DNA of 64,000 bases from Candidatus Omnitrophota bacterium (lineage in GTDB: Bacteria; Omnitrophota; Omnitrophia; Omnitrophales; Aquincolibacteriaceae), in NCBI GenBank assembly GCA_903884815.1, contig CAISGE010000070.1:22080-86079 (forward strand). Reading direction: 5' to 3'. Both the position numbers and the translations under genes were made by a program. How positions within the stretch are numbered: position 1 is the stretch's first letter; the number at the start of each line of letters is the position of its first letter. The notes beneath the pieces were generated by a model. The model did no database searches, was not told where the DNA came from, and was given only the letters and a program-made list of their open reading frames with translations. Shown piece after piece: positions 1 through 8,598 of the stretch.

Positions 1-2
1 AA

Positions 3-80
3 CAAAAGGGCTCATTCGGCATGATCGTCAAGGCCACCAAGTCCAAGCTGGCGCTTTACCTTCCCAAAAAGCCCGCCTGA
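3..80 (+). CDS. 3' end of an unidentified CDS running in from the left edge
   Basis: Open frame QKGSFGMIVKATKSKLALYLPKKPA* ending at TGA 78-80, convergent with the next gene. Confidence 0.4.
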   Translation, partial: QKGSFGMIVKATKSKLALYLPKKPA

Positions 81-128
81 TATTAAAATAGCAGGGTGTA
101 TCGAGTAGGTCTTAGAGGAATTCCCAGT

Positions 129-914
129 TCAGAGGGTGCTTTTTTCCTCGATGAAGCCCTGCAGGCTTCGGATCAACCTTTCGGAGGTTCCACAGACAAA
201 AACGGGAAATACAGACGGAACATTCTTCCGAGCCTCCTCCGCAAGGGGAGGCTGACAAACGGCCGCAAATCCCGCGTTCTTGCGCAGCGCCGTCCCGGAA
301 AGCCCCGCCAGGATCTTTTCGATGTCGGACGCCTCGGTATCCTCCCGGTACTGCGTCAGGAAAAAGTCGGGACGGAAATCCGGGATCCGGGCGATCGCGT
401 CGGCTTCATCACTTTCATGCAGGACGGTATGGCCCTGGGACCTGAAAAAATCCGCCACCCGCTCAAAAGTGAAATCCTTTGCGGCGCGGAGAATGATCCT
501 CTTCCGCTTCTCAAAGGCCTTGAGCCGGGCCGCCCTTTCTTCCGCTTCCGGGCCGATCACCTCGTAAACTTTCGCCATCAAGGTCTCCGCATTAAAGGGC
601 TTGCTCAAGAAACTGCAAATATCCCACGTGTCAAAAAAGGCCCGCATGTCCTCGTGCGCCGAAATGATGATGATGGGGATCTGCTTCCGCTTCCCGGCGT
701 GGATCTTCTTGAGCTCATTCCAGAACTCATACCCGGTCAGCCCCGGCATCCTGACATCGGAGATGATCAGGTCCGGCTCTTCGCGCAGGGTCATCGCCAG
801 GGCTTCGGCCCCGTTGCCCGCCTTGAGCACCTCAAAACCGTTGTCCAGGAGGACGTATTCGATGGACTCCACGATCTCCGCCTCGTCATCCACCACCAGG
901 ACCTTATATTTCAT
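129..914 (-). CDS. Response regulator: REC domain plus degenerate second REC-like domain
   Basis: VLVVDD...PDLIISDVRMPG...KPF; start moved to MKYKV (ATG at 914) with GGGAGAG RBS. Confidence 0.85.
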   Translation of the reverse strand: MKYKVLVVDDEAEIVESIEYVLLDNGFEVLKAGNGAEALAMTLREEPDLIISDVRMPGLTGYEFWNELKKIHAGKRKQIPIIIISAHEDMRAFFDTWDICSFLSKPFNAETLMAKVYEVIGPEAEERAARLKAFEKRKRIILRAAKDFTFERVADFFRSQGHTVLHESDEADAIARIPDFRPDFFLTQYREDTEASDIEKILAGLSGTALRKNAGFAAVCQPPLAEEARKNVPSVFPVFVCGTSERLIRSLQGFIEEKSTL

Positions 915-976
915 CGCACACGTCTCTCCCGTTATTACAGAATCATCCAAATGACTTCTCCCTCCGAAACAGTCCT

Positions 977-1004
977 TTATCGGCCAACAGCACCCTAAAA
1001 TAGA
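977..1004 (-). promoter_or_regulatory. Putative sigma-28 (FliA/WhiG)-type promoter
   Basis: TCTA-N16-GCCGATAA upstream of the response regulator. Confidence 0.45.
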
Positions 1005-1189
1005 CCTCCAATTTAAACAGGCGGGGTCTGGCTCTATTTTTGATCCTAAGAAATGGTACCTGCCCCTTTTTTTTGATCCCCGGCGCACCGCCTTCCCACC
1101 CCCAAAAACCCCAATATATGCTATAGTTTTCTCGGGAGAATGGCATAACAATAAGGAATAAATTCTATCATCCTGGGAGGGGATCGTTT

Positions 1190-1693
1190 ATGAAAAGCAT
1201 CAAAAAGGGATTCACGCTTGTTGAAGTCTTGATCGTGGTCGTAATCATCGCCATTCTCGCATCACTCATCGTCCCGCGCATGCTGATGCAAACCGAAAAA
1301 GCCAAAGCGGCGGAGGCCATGCAGGCAGTTGGTATTATCAAGCGTGCCGCGGAAAGACTCTACGACTTTTCCGGATCTTTCAATATCCCCAGCCAATATA
1401 ACAGTATTTACACATACCGTCCGGGAATGGGCACTAACACGGGCGATTTCGTGGACCTTGGAGTTACAGGGATGGAGAAGTCACAAAGCTGGGACTTTCA
1501 CTATTGGGTCACCGGTACCGGTACAGGAATGGGAATTCGAGCGAGTAACAACAGCCCTGACGGCACCTACAATGCAATGGTGTACACATATCCTCCCAAT
1601 GCACTGGGTAGCTGGGCCTGCAGCGGCGTATTCAAGGCTATTAATGCCACCGCCAACCATCCTGATAATTCTGATATAGGCTGCACGATTTAA
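1190..1693 (+). CDS. Type IV pilin / pseudopilin-like protein
   Basis: Prepilin cleavage motif KKG|FTLVEVLIVVVIIAILASL, C-terminal Cys pair, GGAGGGG RBS. Confidence 0.9.
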   Translation: MKSIKKGFTLVEVLIVVVIIAILASLIVPRMLMQTEKAKAAEAMQAVGIIKRAAERLYDFSGSFNIPSQYNSIYTYRPGMGTNTGDFVDLGVTGMEKSQSWDFHYWVTGTGTGMGIRASNNSPDGTYNAMVYTYPPNALGSWACSGVFKAINATANHPDNSDIGCTI

Positions 1694-1713
1694 TAAGATA
1701 GGCTGAATTTGGG

Positions 1714-1733
1714 CTTGCCTGCCAGCAGGTAGG
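1714..1733. repeat. Short REP-like palindrome
   Basis: CTTGCCTGC-CA-GCAGGTAGG imperfect inverted repeat between convergent genes, flanked by ATTTGG units. Confidence 0.45.
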
Positions 1734-1766
1734 GATTTGGATTTTAAAAAATAGTGCCTCCCCCCT

Positions 1767-2417
1767 TTAAACCGCAAGGACGTAGAGGAGCATTCCGAGG
1801 CGAGAGCCGAAGAGCTTTTCGGGAGAGAGGCGCAACGGCAGGACGTTCAGGCCACCGGTTTTGAGGATTCGCATACCGTTGTGGAGTTCTTTGAGACGTG
1901 AAGGCGTAAATGGCACTTCCTTGATCCCCGGCATCACAAGGGGCCGGACAAATTCCCACCAGGAATAGCAATTCGGTACAAAGGTCGCAACAATCCCGTT
2001 CTCTTTTTTGAGCATCCTGAAACGATCCATGAGGCGCTGCTGGTCCGCGCTCGAAAAATGCTCGAAAAGTCCGTCCGTAAAAATCAGGTCAAACTTCCCC
2101 GCATAGGACTCCGTCCAACCCTCGCGAAAAAGATCTTCCTGAAGATAGGCCTCGCACTTTCCGTGGGTGTTCTTGCGCGTGATCTCAAGCGAAGCCGCCG
2201 AATGGTCCAGAGACCATACGCGGCAGCCTTTGTTCATAAAATAGGACGAAAAAAATCCCGAGCCGCAACCGGCGTCCAAAACTTCCATGCCTTCGCGGAC
2301 AACATCGTCCAGGACTTCCATGATACGAACCTTGCTCCAGCTTTTTTGAGTAAAACGCCGAGTCCCCGTCGCGCTCCAAAAGCGATCCCAGTTCTCCCTC
2401 TTGACGCCGTGTTCCAT
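1767..2417 (-). CDS. Class I SAM-dependent methyltransferase
   Basis: VLDAGCGSG motif I, FDLIFTDGLFEH; start MEHGV at 2417, 1 nt after the GT2 stop. Confidence 0.88.
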   Translation of the reverse strand: MEHGVKRENWDRFWSATGTRRFTQKSWSKVRIMEVLDDVVREGMEVLDAGCGSGFFSSYFMNKGCRVWSLDHSAASLEITRKNTHGKCEAYLQEDLFREGWTESYAGKFDLIFTDGLFEHFSSADQQRLMDRFRMLKKENGIVATFVPNCYSWWEFVRPLVMPGIKEVPFTPSRLKELHNGMRILKTGGLNVLPLRLSPEKLFGSRLGMLLYVLAV

Positions 2418-2418
2418 A

Positions 2419-3393
2419 CTATCTCCGGACCTTAAACCCGAAGCGCAGCACGCCCTGCATCGCGCCCCAGCCCCAGGCAAAACAGCGCGCAAATTGCACG
2501 GGAATGCCATACACCGCCGCTGCCGGATCTCGTTTAAAGATAAAACCGAAATTGTTCAAGCAGGAGACAAAAAGAAAGAAAAAGAGCAATGCCGGAATGA
2601 CGCAAAGGCCACGGACAGGCAACAGGAGAAGCGAAAGCGGCAAAAGACCCGAAGCCAGGACCTGATATTTCGCGAGTCCTCCGGTATATACATCGCCGTT
2701 TCTTTTGTCGGGATGATCATTATAAAGTTTGATACGGTCAAATCCACGGCGCGCCTGATTTTTCATGTAAGGCCAGAACGCCTCGGGATGCTCATGCGCG
2801 ACAATCGCCTCCGGCGCGAACAAAATCTTGTAGCGGCGCGAGATCCGGTAGGTCAGATCCCAGTCCTCCCCGCTCGGAGCTTTGTAGGATTCCTCAAAAC
2901 CACCCATTGCCTCGAGGATCTTTTTCCTTATGGCAAGATTGTAGGCCCCGTGCGCGTCCACCACACCCCGGACATTGCGATAACGCCACGCGATCTCATG
3001 TCCTGCGAAACGGGCGAGGACATTTTCTTCGTTGAAGGTCCGGTAAGTCCCAGCGACACCGGCAATGTCATCGGAGGTGAAAGAGATGAGCAATTTCTCA
3101 ATCCAATCCTTATCCGGGACACAATCCCCGTCGGTAAAGATCACGACATCTGCCTGCGCAGCGCGCCAGGCAATATTACGGGAAGCCGCCGGACCTTGAT
3201 TGGTGTTGCGTATGAGACGGATCAGGGGATGCTGCTTCGCGTAGCTTTCGATCACGCCCGCCGTCCCGTCTTTTGAACCGTCATCCACGAACACGATCTC
3301 CTCCGGCATGCGGGACTGGGCCAAGAGGCTCTCGATAAGCCGAGCTATATGCTTTTCTTCGTTGTAAACCGCGGAGACGACCGCAATTCTCAT
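2419..3393 (-). CDS. Glycosyltransferase family 2 with C-terminal membrane segments
   Basis: AVYNEE, VDDGSKD, NQGPAASRN, FTDGD, GEDWDL; ATG at 3393 overlaps the upstream stop. Confidence 0.92.
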   Translation of the reverse strand: MRIAVVSAVYNEEKHIARLIESLLAQSRMPEEIVFVDDGSKDGTAGVIESYAKQHPLIRLIRNTNQGPAASRNIAWRAAQADVVIFTDGDCVPDKDWIEKLLISFTSDDIAGVAGTYRTFNEENVLARFAGHEIAWRYRNVRGVVDAHGAYNLAIRKKILEAMGGFEESYKAPSGEDWDLTYRISRRYKILFAPEAIVAHEHPEAFWPYMKNQARRGFDRIKLYNDHPDKRNGDVYTGGLAKYQVLASGLLPLSLLLLPVRGLCVIPALLFFFLFVSCLNNFGFIFKRDPAAAVYGIPVQFARCFAWGWGAMQGVLRFGFKVRR

Positions 3394-4886
3394 GACGCCT
3401 TTTCCCGTGTGAGTAGTTTTTTGATGAAGAAGCCGAACCCGTAAAGGATCCGGGAACACTCCTGCGGAGAAACCAGGCATTGCCACAGTTTTCGCAGCAT
3501 GAATAACGGGCGCAGGTAGAACTCATGGTAAGCGCGGTCCGTGAACTTCGCGATTGCCTCGCCGGTCAGTTCGCCCCGGTGGACTTGGGAAGCGTAATAG
3601 CCGCTGCCCCGTAGCCACTCGTCATAATTCTCGGAATCCAGCTCTCCACTCGCCTTCGCTTCTTCATAAGCACGCGTCCCGGGATAGACCATGATCGGGA
3701 AAAACTGCGCGGTGTCGAGATTCATACGCTTGGCCATTTCCAGTGTTCCCCGCATCGTCGCGGGCGTTTCATTCGCGCCGCCGAAAAGGAAACAACCATG
3801 GATCATGATCCCGGCCTCGGCGCAGGCCTTCACGAAACGTTCCCGTATTTGGATCGTGGCGCCGCCTTTTTTCATCTCATCCAGGATCGCCTGGTCCGCG
3901 GACTCGAATCCCACGCAGAAAAGCCGGCAACCTGCTTTTTTCATAAGCTTGAGGAGCGCCACATCGTCAAAATCTGCGCGCGCGTTTCCGGACCACGTCA
4001 CCTTGAGGCCACGTCGCAAGATCTCTTCCGAAAGCTGGCGCATGCGGTCCTTATCGACGGTCAGCGTGTCATCTTCGAACATGATCTCTTTATTGTGAGG
4101 CCAGGTCTTTTGGATAAATTCCATCTCATCGACGACGTCCTTCACGGAACGCGGCCGGTAGCGTTGGCCGGTGATCGTCTGGGGGAAGACGCAGAACGTG
4201 CACTGATAAGGGCAACCGCGGCCGCTGACGATCGTCACCTCAGGATGGAGTTGTGCGCCGTAGCTGTAATGCTCGATCTTTAGAAAATCACGATAGATCA
4301 GACTCGCCCAAGGAATCTCATCCAGATTCTCGTGCCAGGGACGGCGTTCGTTGAGAATAAGCTGTTCATCCAAGCGGTAGGCGATCCCCTGAACGCCGGA
4401 AAGCCCCGCGCGACTCTTCCCCTGATCAAAATGCCGAACAACTTCAAGGATTGTAAAATCGTACTCCCCCACCGCTACTATATCCAGCCTCGACGACATC
4501 TTGAGGGTTTCCAGAGGACGTGCGGTGGGATGCGTCCCCACGAGCATCGTCATGGCCCCCGTCTTTTGAGCCAGCCGTTCCATCGCCTGAACATCATGAA
4601 AGACCGAGGCGGTCACGGTGGTGGCCACGATAAGATCCGGTTGGAATTTCTCGACGCGCTCTTCGGTACGCGCGAGATCATAATCTTTCGCCGGGGCGTC
4701 CAGAAAATCGATCGTAAACCCGTGCTTACGGACCAATCCCGCGGCCAGAGAAAGATAGATGGGATAATAAAGGGTCCCGGAGGGCGCCACACCCGGAGAG
4801 CGGCTTTCCCTTGTGAAACGGGAGTGGTAAGGGATATTCAAGAAAAATACTTTCACGCGTTTGTCCTTTCGCGAGACTGATGCCAC
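3390..4886 (-). CDS. Cobalamin-binding-domain radical SAM protein (HpnJ/BchE-like)
   Basis: N-terminal B12-binding-like domain (VGTHPT, GEYD), GRGCPYQCTFC CxxxCxxC, FEDDT, VGFES, YPGT. Confidence 0.88.
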   Translation of the reverse strand: MASVSRKDKRVKVFFLNIPYHSRFTRESRSPGVAPSGTLYYPIYLSLAAGLVRKHGFTIDFLDAPAKDYDLARTEERVEKFQPDLIVATTVTASVFHDVQAMERLAQKTGAMTMLVGTHPTARPLETLKMSSRLDIVAVGEYDFTILEVVRHFDQGKSRAGLSGVQGIAYRLDEQLILNERRPWHENLDEIPWASLIYRDFLKIEHYSYGAQLHPEVTIVSGRGCPYQCTFCVFPQTITGQRYRPRSVKDVVDEMEFIQKTWPHNKEIMFEDDTLTVDKDRMRQLSEEILRRGLKVTWSGNARADFDDVALLKLMKKAGCRLFCVGFESADQAILDEMKKGGATIQIRERFVKACAEAGIMIHGCFLFGGANETPATMRGTLEMAKRMNLDTAQFFPIMVYPGTRAYEEAKASGELDSENYDEWLRGSGYYASQVHRGELTGEAIAKFTDRAYHEFYLRPLFMLRKLWQCLVSPQECSRILYGFGFFIKKLLTREKAS

Positions 4887-4928
4887 CTTGAGATTCCGGA
4901 AGAACCTGCCTCAATTTTTTGTTATTAT

Positions 4929-5567
4929 ATGCTTCCGGAGGATAAAATCCAAAAGATGAATGCCGCCATGATCTTCCAACCTCTCCTTGCGGGTCTCTCG
5001 GTTGGTGCCTTCTGTCTCACTTACTGCTTCCCCTTCATGGGCGCGTTCTTCGGCGCCGAGCCGCGGGGCCTAAAAAAAGACTTCCGTGTGCTTCTGGAAT
5101 TCTTGTTGGGACGCCTTGCCGGCTATCTTTGCTTCGGACTGCTTGTGGGTTATCTTGGAGAAAGATTCGACCCCCGGTGGCTGCGCCTGGCCACCAACAT
5201 TTCATTCGTTGTTTTATCGCTCGCGCTTTTTCTCTACCTCCTCGGCCTGGTCCGTGAAATCCCTCTTTGCAAAACACCGCGCTGGCTTGAGGGCAAACAC
5301 CCGGCGCTTATGGGGTTCCTGATGGGGATCAACCTTTGCCCCCCGTTCCTCCTTTCTATCACCTATGTTTTTTCACGGCAGAGTCCGCTGTACGGGATGC
5401 TGTACTTCGCGATTTTCTTTCTCTCGAGCTCGGTTTATTTCTTGCCGCTCGTGTTCATCGGACTGGCTTCGCAGGCAAAAGCCTTCCGGAGCATGGCCCG
5501 CACAAGCGGCTTTCTCGTCGCCGGGATCTTTTTCATTTACGGGATCTATTCCCTGATACGGAGTTAG
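4929..5567 (+). CDS. Polytopic membrane protein, TauE/SafE / DsbD_2-like
   Basis: About six hydrophobic helices, FCLTYC and GINLCPP Cys motifs, GRLAGY; start may be a few codons downstream. Confidence 0.7.
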   Translation: MLPEDKIQKMNAAMIFQPLLAGLSVGAFCLTYCFPFMGAFFGAEPRGLKKDFRVLLEFLLGRLAGYLCFGLLVGYLGERFDPRWLRLATNISFVVLSLALFLYLLGLVREIPLCKTPRWLEGKHPALMGFLMGINLCPPFLLSITYVFSRQSPLYGMLYFAIFFLSSSVYFLPLVFIGLASQAKAFRSMARTSGFLVAGIFFIYGIYSLIRS

Positions 5568-5577
5568 GAGACCTTTT

Positions 5578-5883
5578 ATGTGGAAATGGTTTGCCTCAGT
5601 CGACCGTCATGCCCGGTGGATCCTCGCCCTGATCATGCTGCTTTTCATTATCACCGGCCTCGGGATCACCAAAGGCCTCATGGACACGCGGTTGGCTAAA
5701 GAGCTGCATGAGAATATCCTACCGATCCCGTTTTATATTCTGATCATCCTGCATATTTTCTACTCCCTGCCATCGCAACTGCTCCGGTGGAGAGTTTTCA
5801 GAAACGAGCGCACCGCGGAGGCCTATTCACTCCTGACGGCGGCGATCCTGCTCGTCCTCTTCTTCTGGCTGCACTTCCGATGA
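5578..5883 (+). CDS. Small three-TM membrane protein with His residues (cytochrome b-like?)
   Basis: AGGAG RBS, three hydrophobic segments, LHE/LHI His; ATGA overlap with the next gene. Confidence 0.7.
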   Translation: MWKWFASVDRHARWILALIMLLFIITGLGITKGLMDTRLAKELHENILPIPFYILIILHIFYSLPSQLLRWRVFRNERTAEAYSLLTAAILLVLFFWLHFR

Positions 5884-7016
5884 ATTCCGACAACAGGAAT
5901 CCGCAGCCCCTAGCCTTCTTGCTCCTGTTCCTCCTCCTCGGGACATCGGTCTTTTTTATTTATACCCGTGAACGAGCCCTGCAGGCAGAGCGCACCGAAT
6001 CAGCCACCGCCCATGAAGCCCGGTATTATGAGCCGATACCCCACAGCAACATGCTCCAATGCTTTCTTTGCCCGACACGGTGCGTCCTTTCCTCGGGCCA
6101 GTGGGGCGCCTGCAAGGCGAGGAAGAATATCGGCGGGAAGCTTTATTCGATGGTCTACGGCAAGCTTCCGACCGTGCACGTCGACCCTATCGAGAAAAAA
6201 CCACTTTTCCACTTCCTCCCCGGGAGCCTGGCCTTTTCGATCTCCTCGACAGGGTGCAACATGCGCTGCCTTTTTTGCCAAAATGCCGATATTTCACAGT
6301 GTTTTCCGGGCGACATTCCCACGGAGAACTGGACTCCGGTAGAGGTTGTCAATCGGGCCCTCGCCTCCGGAGCGCAATCGATTGCCTTTACCTACAATGA
6401 ACCCGTGATCAACTATGAGTTCATGCTCGAGACCGCGAGGCTCGCAAAAGTCCGAGGACTCCGTACCGTCGTTATTTCAAATGGCTACATCGAGGATAAA
6501 CCGCTGCGGGAACTCTTGCCATACCTCGATGCCTACAAAGTGGATCTCAAGTCGTTCAGCCAGCATTTCTACAGGAAATACACGGGAGGGACTCTGGACG
6601 CCGTCCTAAAGAGCCTCAAGATCATCAAGGAAAGCGGCGTCTGGCTTGAAATCGTCACGCTCCTTGTCCCCGGAGAAAATGACAGCCCGCAAGAGATCCG
6701 CGCCATGGCTCAATGGATCCGTAAGAATCTCGGCGACAGCGTGCCGCTTCACTTCAGCCGGTTCTTCCCGCAGTACAAATTGCAGAACCTGCCGCCCACG
6801 CCGCCGGAGACGATCGTCAGGGCGCGACGGATCGCGATGGAAGAGGGCCTGAAATTCGTTTATACCGGCAACGTCGCTTATCCGGAAGGTGAGGCGACCT
6901 ATTGCCCCGACTCGAAGGAACAAGTGATCGTCCGCCAAGGTTATTTCATCCTCGCCAACCATTTGAAAAACGGAGCCTGCCCCGATGGAGAAAAAATCCC
7001 TGGTATCTGGAAATAG
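5880..7016 (+). CDS. amrS: AmmeMemoRadiSam system radical SAM enzyme with an N-terminal TM segment
   Basis: CFLCPTRC...GACKAR, DPIEKKPLFHFLPG, GCNMRCLFCQN, AFTYNEP, LHFSRFFPQY; start moved to ATG 5880. Confidence 0.92.
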   Translation: MNSDNRNPQPLAFLLLFLLLGTSVFFIYTRERALQAERTESATAHEARYYEPIPHSNMLQCFLCPTRCVLSSGQWGACKARKNIGGKLYSMVYGKLPTVHVDPIEKKPLFHFLPGSLAFSISSTGCNMRCLFCQNADISQCFPGDIPTENWTPVEVVNRALASGAQSIAFTYNEPVINYEFMLETARLAKVRGLRTVVISNGYIEDKPLRELLPYLDAYKVDLKSFSQHFYRKYTGGTLDAVLKSLKIIKESGVWLEIVTLLVPGENDSPQEIRAMAQWIRKNLGDSVPLHFSRFFPQYKLQNLPPTPPETIVRARRIAMEEGLKFVYTGNVAYPEGEATYCPDSKEQVIVRQGYFILANHLKNGACPDGEKIPGIWK

Positions 7017-8598
7017 ACCTGAAATCTCAAATCTCAAATTTCAAATAGCGCTTCTGACCGCCATTCTTTCCCTGGCCTTCACACTCCCGTCCCCCGCGGT
7101 GAAAGCGGCGCCGGAGCCGTCCCGCGTCCGCAAGGCCGCCGTGGCCGGAGGCTTTTATCCGGGGACCCCCAAAGAACTCATCGATTTTGTAGACGCCATG
7201 CTCCGCCAGGCGAACCCGCCCAAGATCGAGGGCCCGATCCTCGCGATCATGGTCCCACACGCCGGATATATCTATTCTGGACCTGTCGCCGCTTATGCCT
7301 ACAAAGAACTTGAGGGCCGCGACATCCGCACCGTGATCCTGATCGGCAACAGTCACCGCCATTATTTTGACGGCATCGGGATCGATGCGAAGGGCGCCTT
7401 CGAAACACCGCTGGGTCTCGTCCCTATCGATGAGGCCTTTGCAGAGAAGCTCCTTGCCGCGGATCCCGCCATCGTCGACCGCCCCGATATTCATGAAGGC
7501 GACCATGTCCTGGAGGTGCAACTTCCCTTCCTCCAGCGCGTTCTGAAATATTTCAAGATCGTGCCTATTCTCTTCAGCGGTGATTCACCCGAACTCGCCC
7601 GGAAGCTCGCCGGAGCCCTTGCCCCACTTCTGGATGAAAAAACACTGGTCGTCGCAAGCACCGACATGTCTCATTATCCGCCGTATGCCGAGGCCGGAGC
7701 CGCCGACAAGAAAACGCTCGACGCCATTCTGACCGGAAAAATGGAGAACCTGGATACCGATCTGAAGTCTCTCGAAACTCAACATGTCCCGCAAGCCGAA
7801 ACCTTTCTCTGCAGCCCGAGCGGCGTCCGTGTCGCGATGCTCCTGTCGCAGAACTTGGGGAAACTTCAGCCCGTTCTTTTGAGATACGCCAATTCGGGAG
7901 ATTCCCCAGCCGGCGAGAAGGGCCGCGTGGTCGGGTACGGCGCGATCGCTTTCGTTGCCCAAACCAGTGCGACACCCGCAACGCCCTCGCCCGCCGCCGC
8001 GGAAAAAGATACGCCCCACCCCCAGAAGCCCGAGGAAGGCATCTTGAAGAAATCCGAGCAAGACGAGCTCCTCCGGATTGCACGCTCGACCGTGGAGAGT
8101 CTCATCAAAACCGGGAAAGTACCAGATATCTCTCCCTCTTCCCCGGCCCTTCAACAACCACTCGGAGCCTTCGTCACTCTTAAGGAACGCGGCCAACTTC
8201 GCGGATGCATCGGCCGGTTTGAACCCACAGAACCACTTTACAAGATCGTTCAACAAATGGCGGTCTCCGCGGCGACCGAGGATCCCCGGTTCAGGCCCGT
8301 GAGTCCCGGTGAGCTGGATAAACTCGAATATGAGATCTCCGTCCTGAGCCCTTTGAGAAAGATTCCTGATGCGAACGCGATCGTGCTTGGAAAACACGGC
8401 GTGACGGTCTCAAAAGGATTCCATCACGGTGTATTCCTCCCTCAGGTTGCGACCGAAACGGGATGGAATAAAGAAGAATTCCTCGACGAACTTTGCAGCC
8501 AGAAAGCCGGCCTTCCACGTGATTGCTGGAAGGATCCGGCGGTGGACCTACAGGTTTTTACAGCCGAGGTCTTTACGGAAGAGAAAAAGAAGAACTAA
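6985..8598 (+). CDS. amrB: AmmeMemoRadiSam protein B (Memo) fused to protein A (AMMECR1), with a signal-peptide-like N-terminus
   Basis: RKAAVAGGFYP, VPHAGYIYSG, DHVLEVQLPFLQ, ASTDMSHY, VVGYGA; then GAFVTL..LRGCIG, DPRF, EISVLSP, FLPQVA. Confidence 0.92.
   Translation: MEKKSLVSGNRPEISNLKFQIALLTAILSLAFTLPSPAVKAAPEPSRVRKAAVAGGFYPGTPKELIDFVDAMLRQANPPKIEGPILAIMVPHAGYIYSGPVAAYAYKELEGRDIRTVILIGNSHRHYFDGIGIDAKGAFETPLGLVPIDEAFAEKLLAADPAIVDRPDIHEGDHVLEVQLPFLQRVLKYFKIVPILFSGDSPELARKLAGALAPLLDEKTLVVASTDMSHYPPYAEAGAADKKTLDAILTGKMENLDTDLKSLETQHVPQAETFLCSPSGVRVAMLLSQNLGKLQPVLLRYANSGDSPAGEKGRVVGYGAIAFVAQTSATPATPSPAAAEKDTPHPQKPEEGILKKSEQDELLRIARSTVESLIKTGKVPDISPSSPALQQPLGAFVTLKERGQLRGCIGRFEPTEPLYKIVQQMAVSAATEDPRFRPVSPGELDKLEYEISVLSPLRKIPDANAIVLGKHGVTVSKGFHHGVFLPQVATETGWNKEEFLDELCSQKAGLPRDCWKDPAVDLQVFTAEVFTEEKKKN

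Noticed and set aside
96-998. 300-aa plus-strand ORF, and similar antisense ORFs such as 2401-3276, 39085-39969 and 53119-54045
   Set aside because: They overlap well-supported genes on the opposite strand and lack recognisable domains
3390-4886. Assigning the symbol hpnJ
   Set aside because: Family resemblance only; no hopanoid genes in the window
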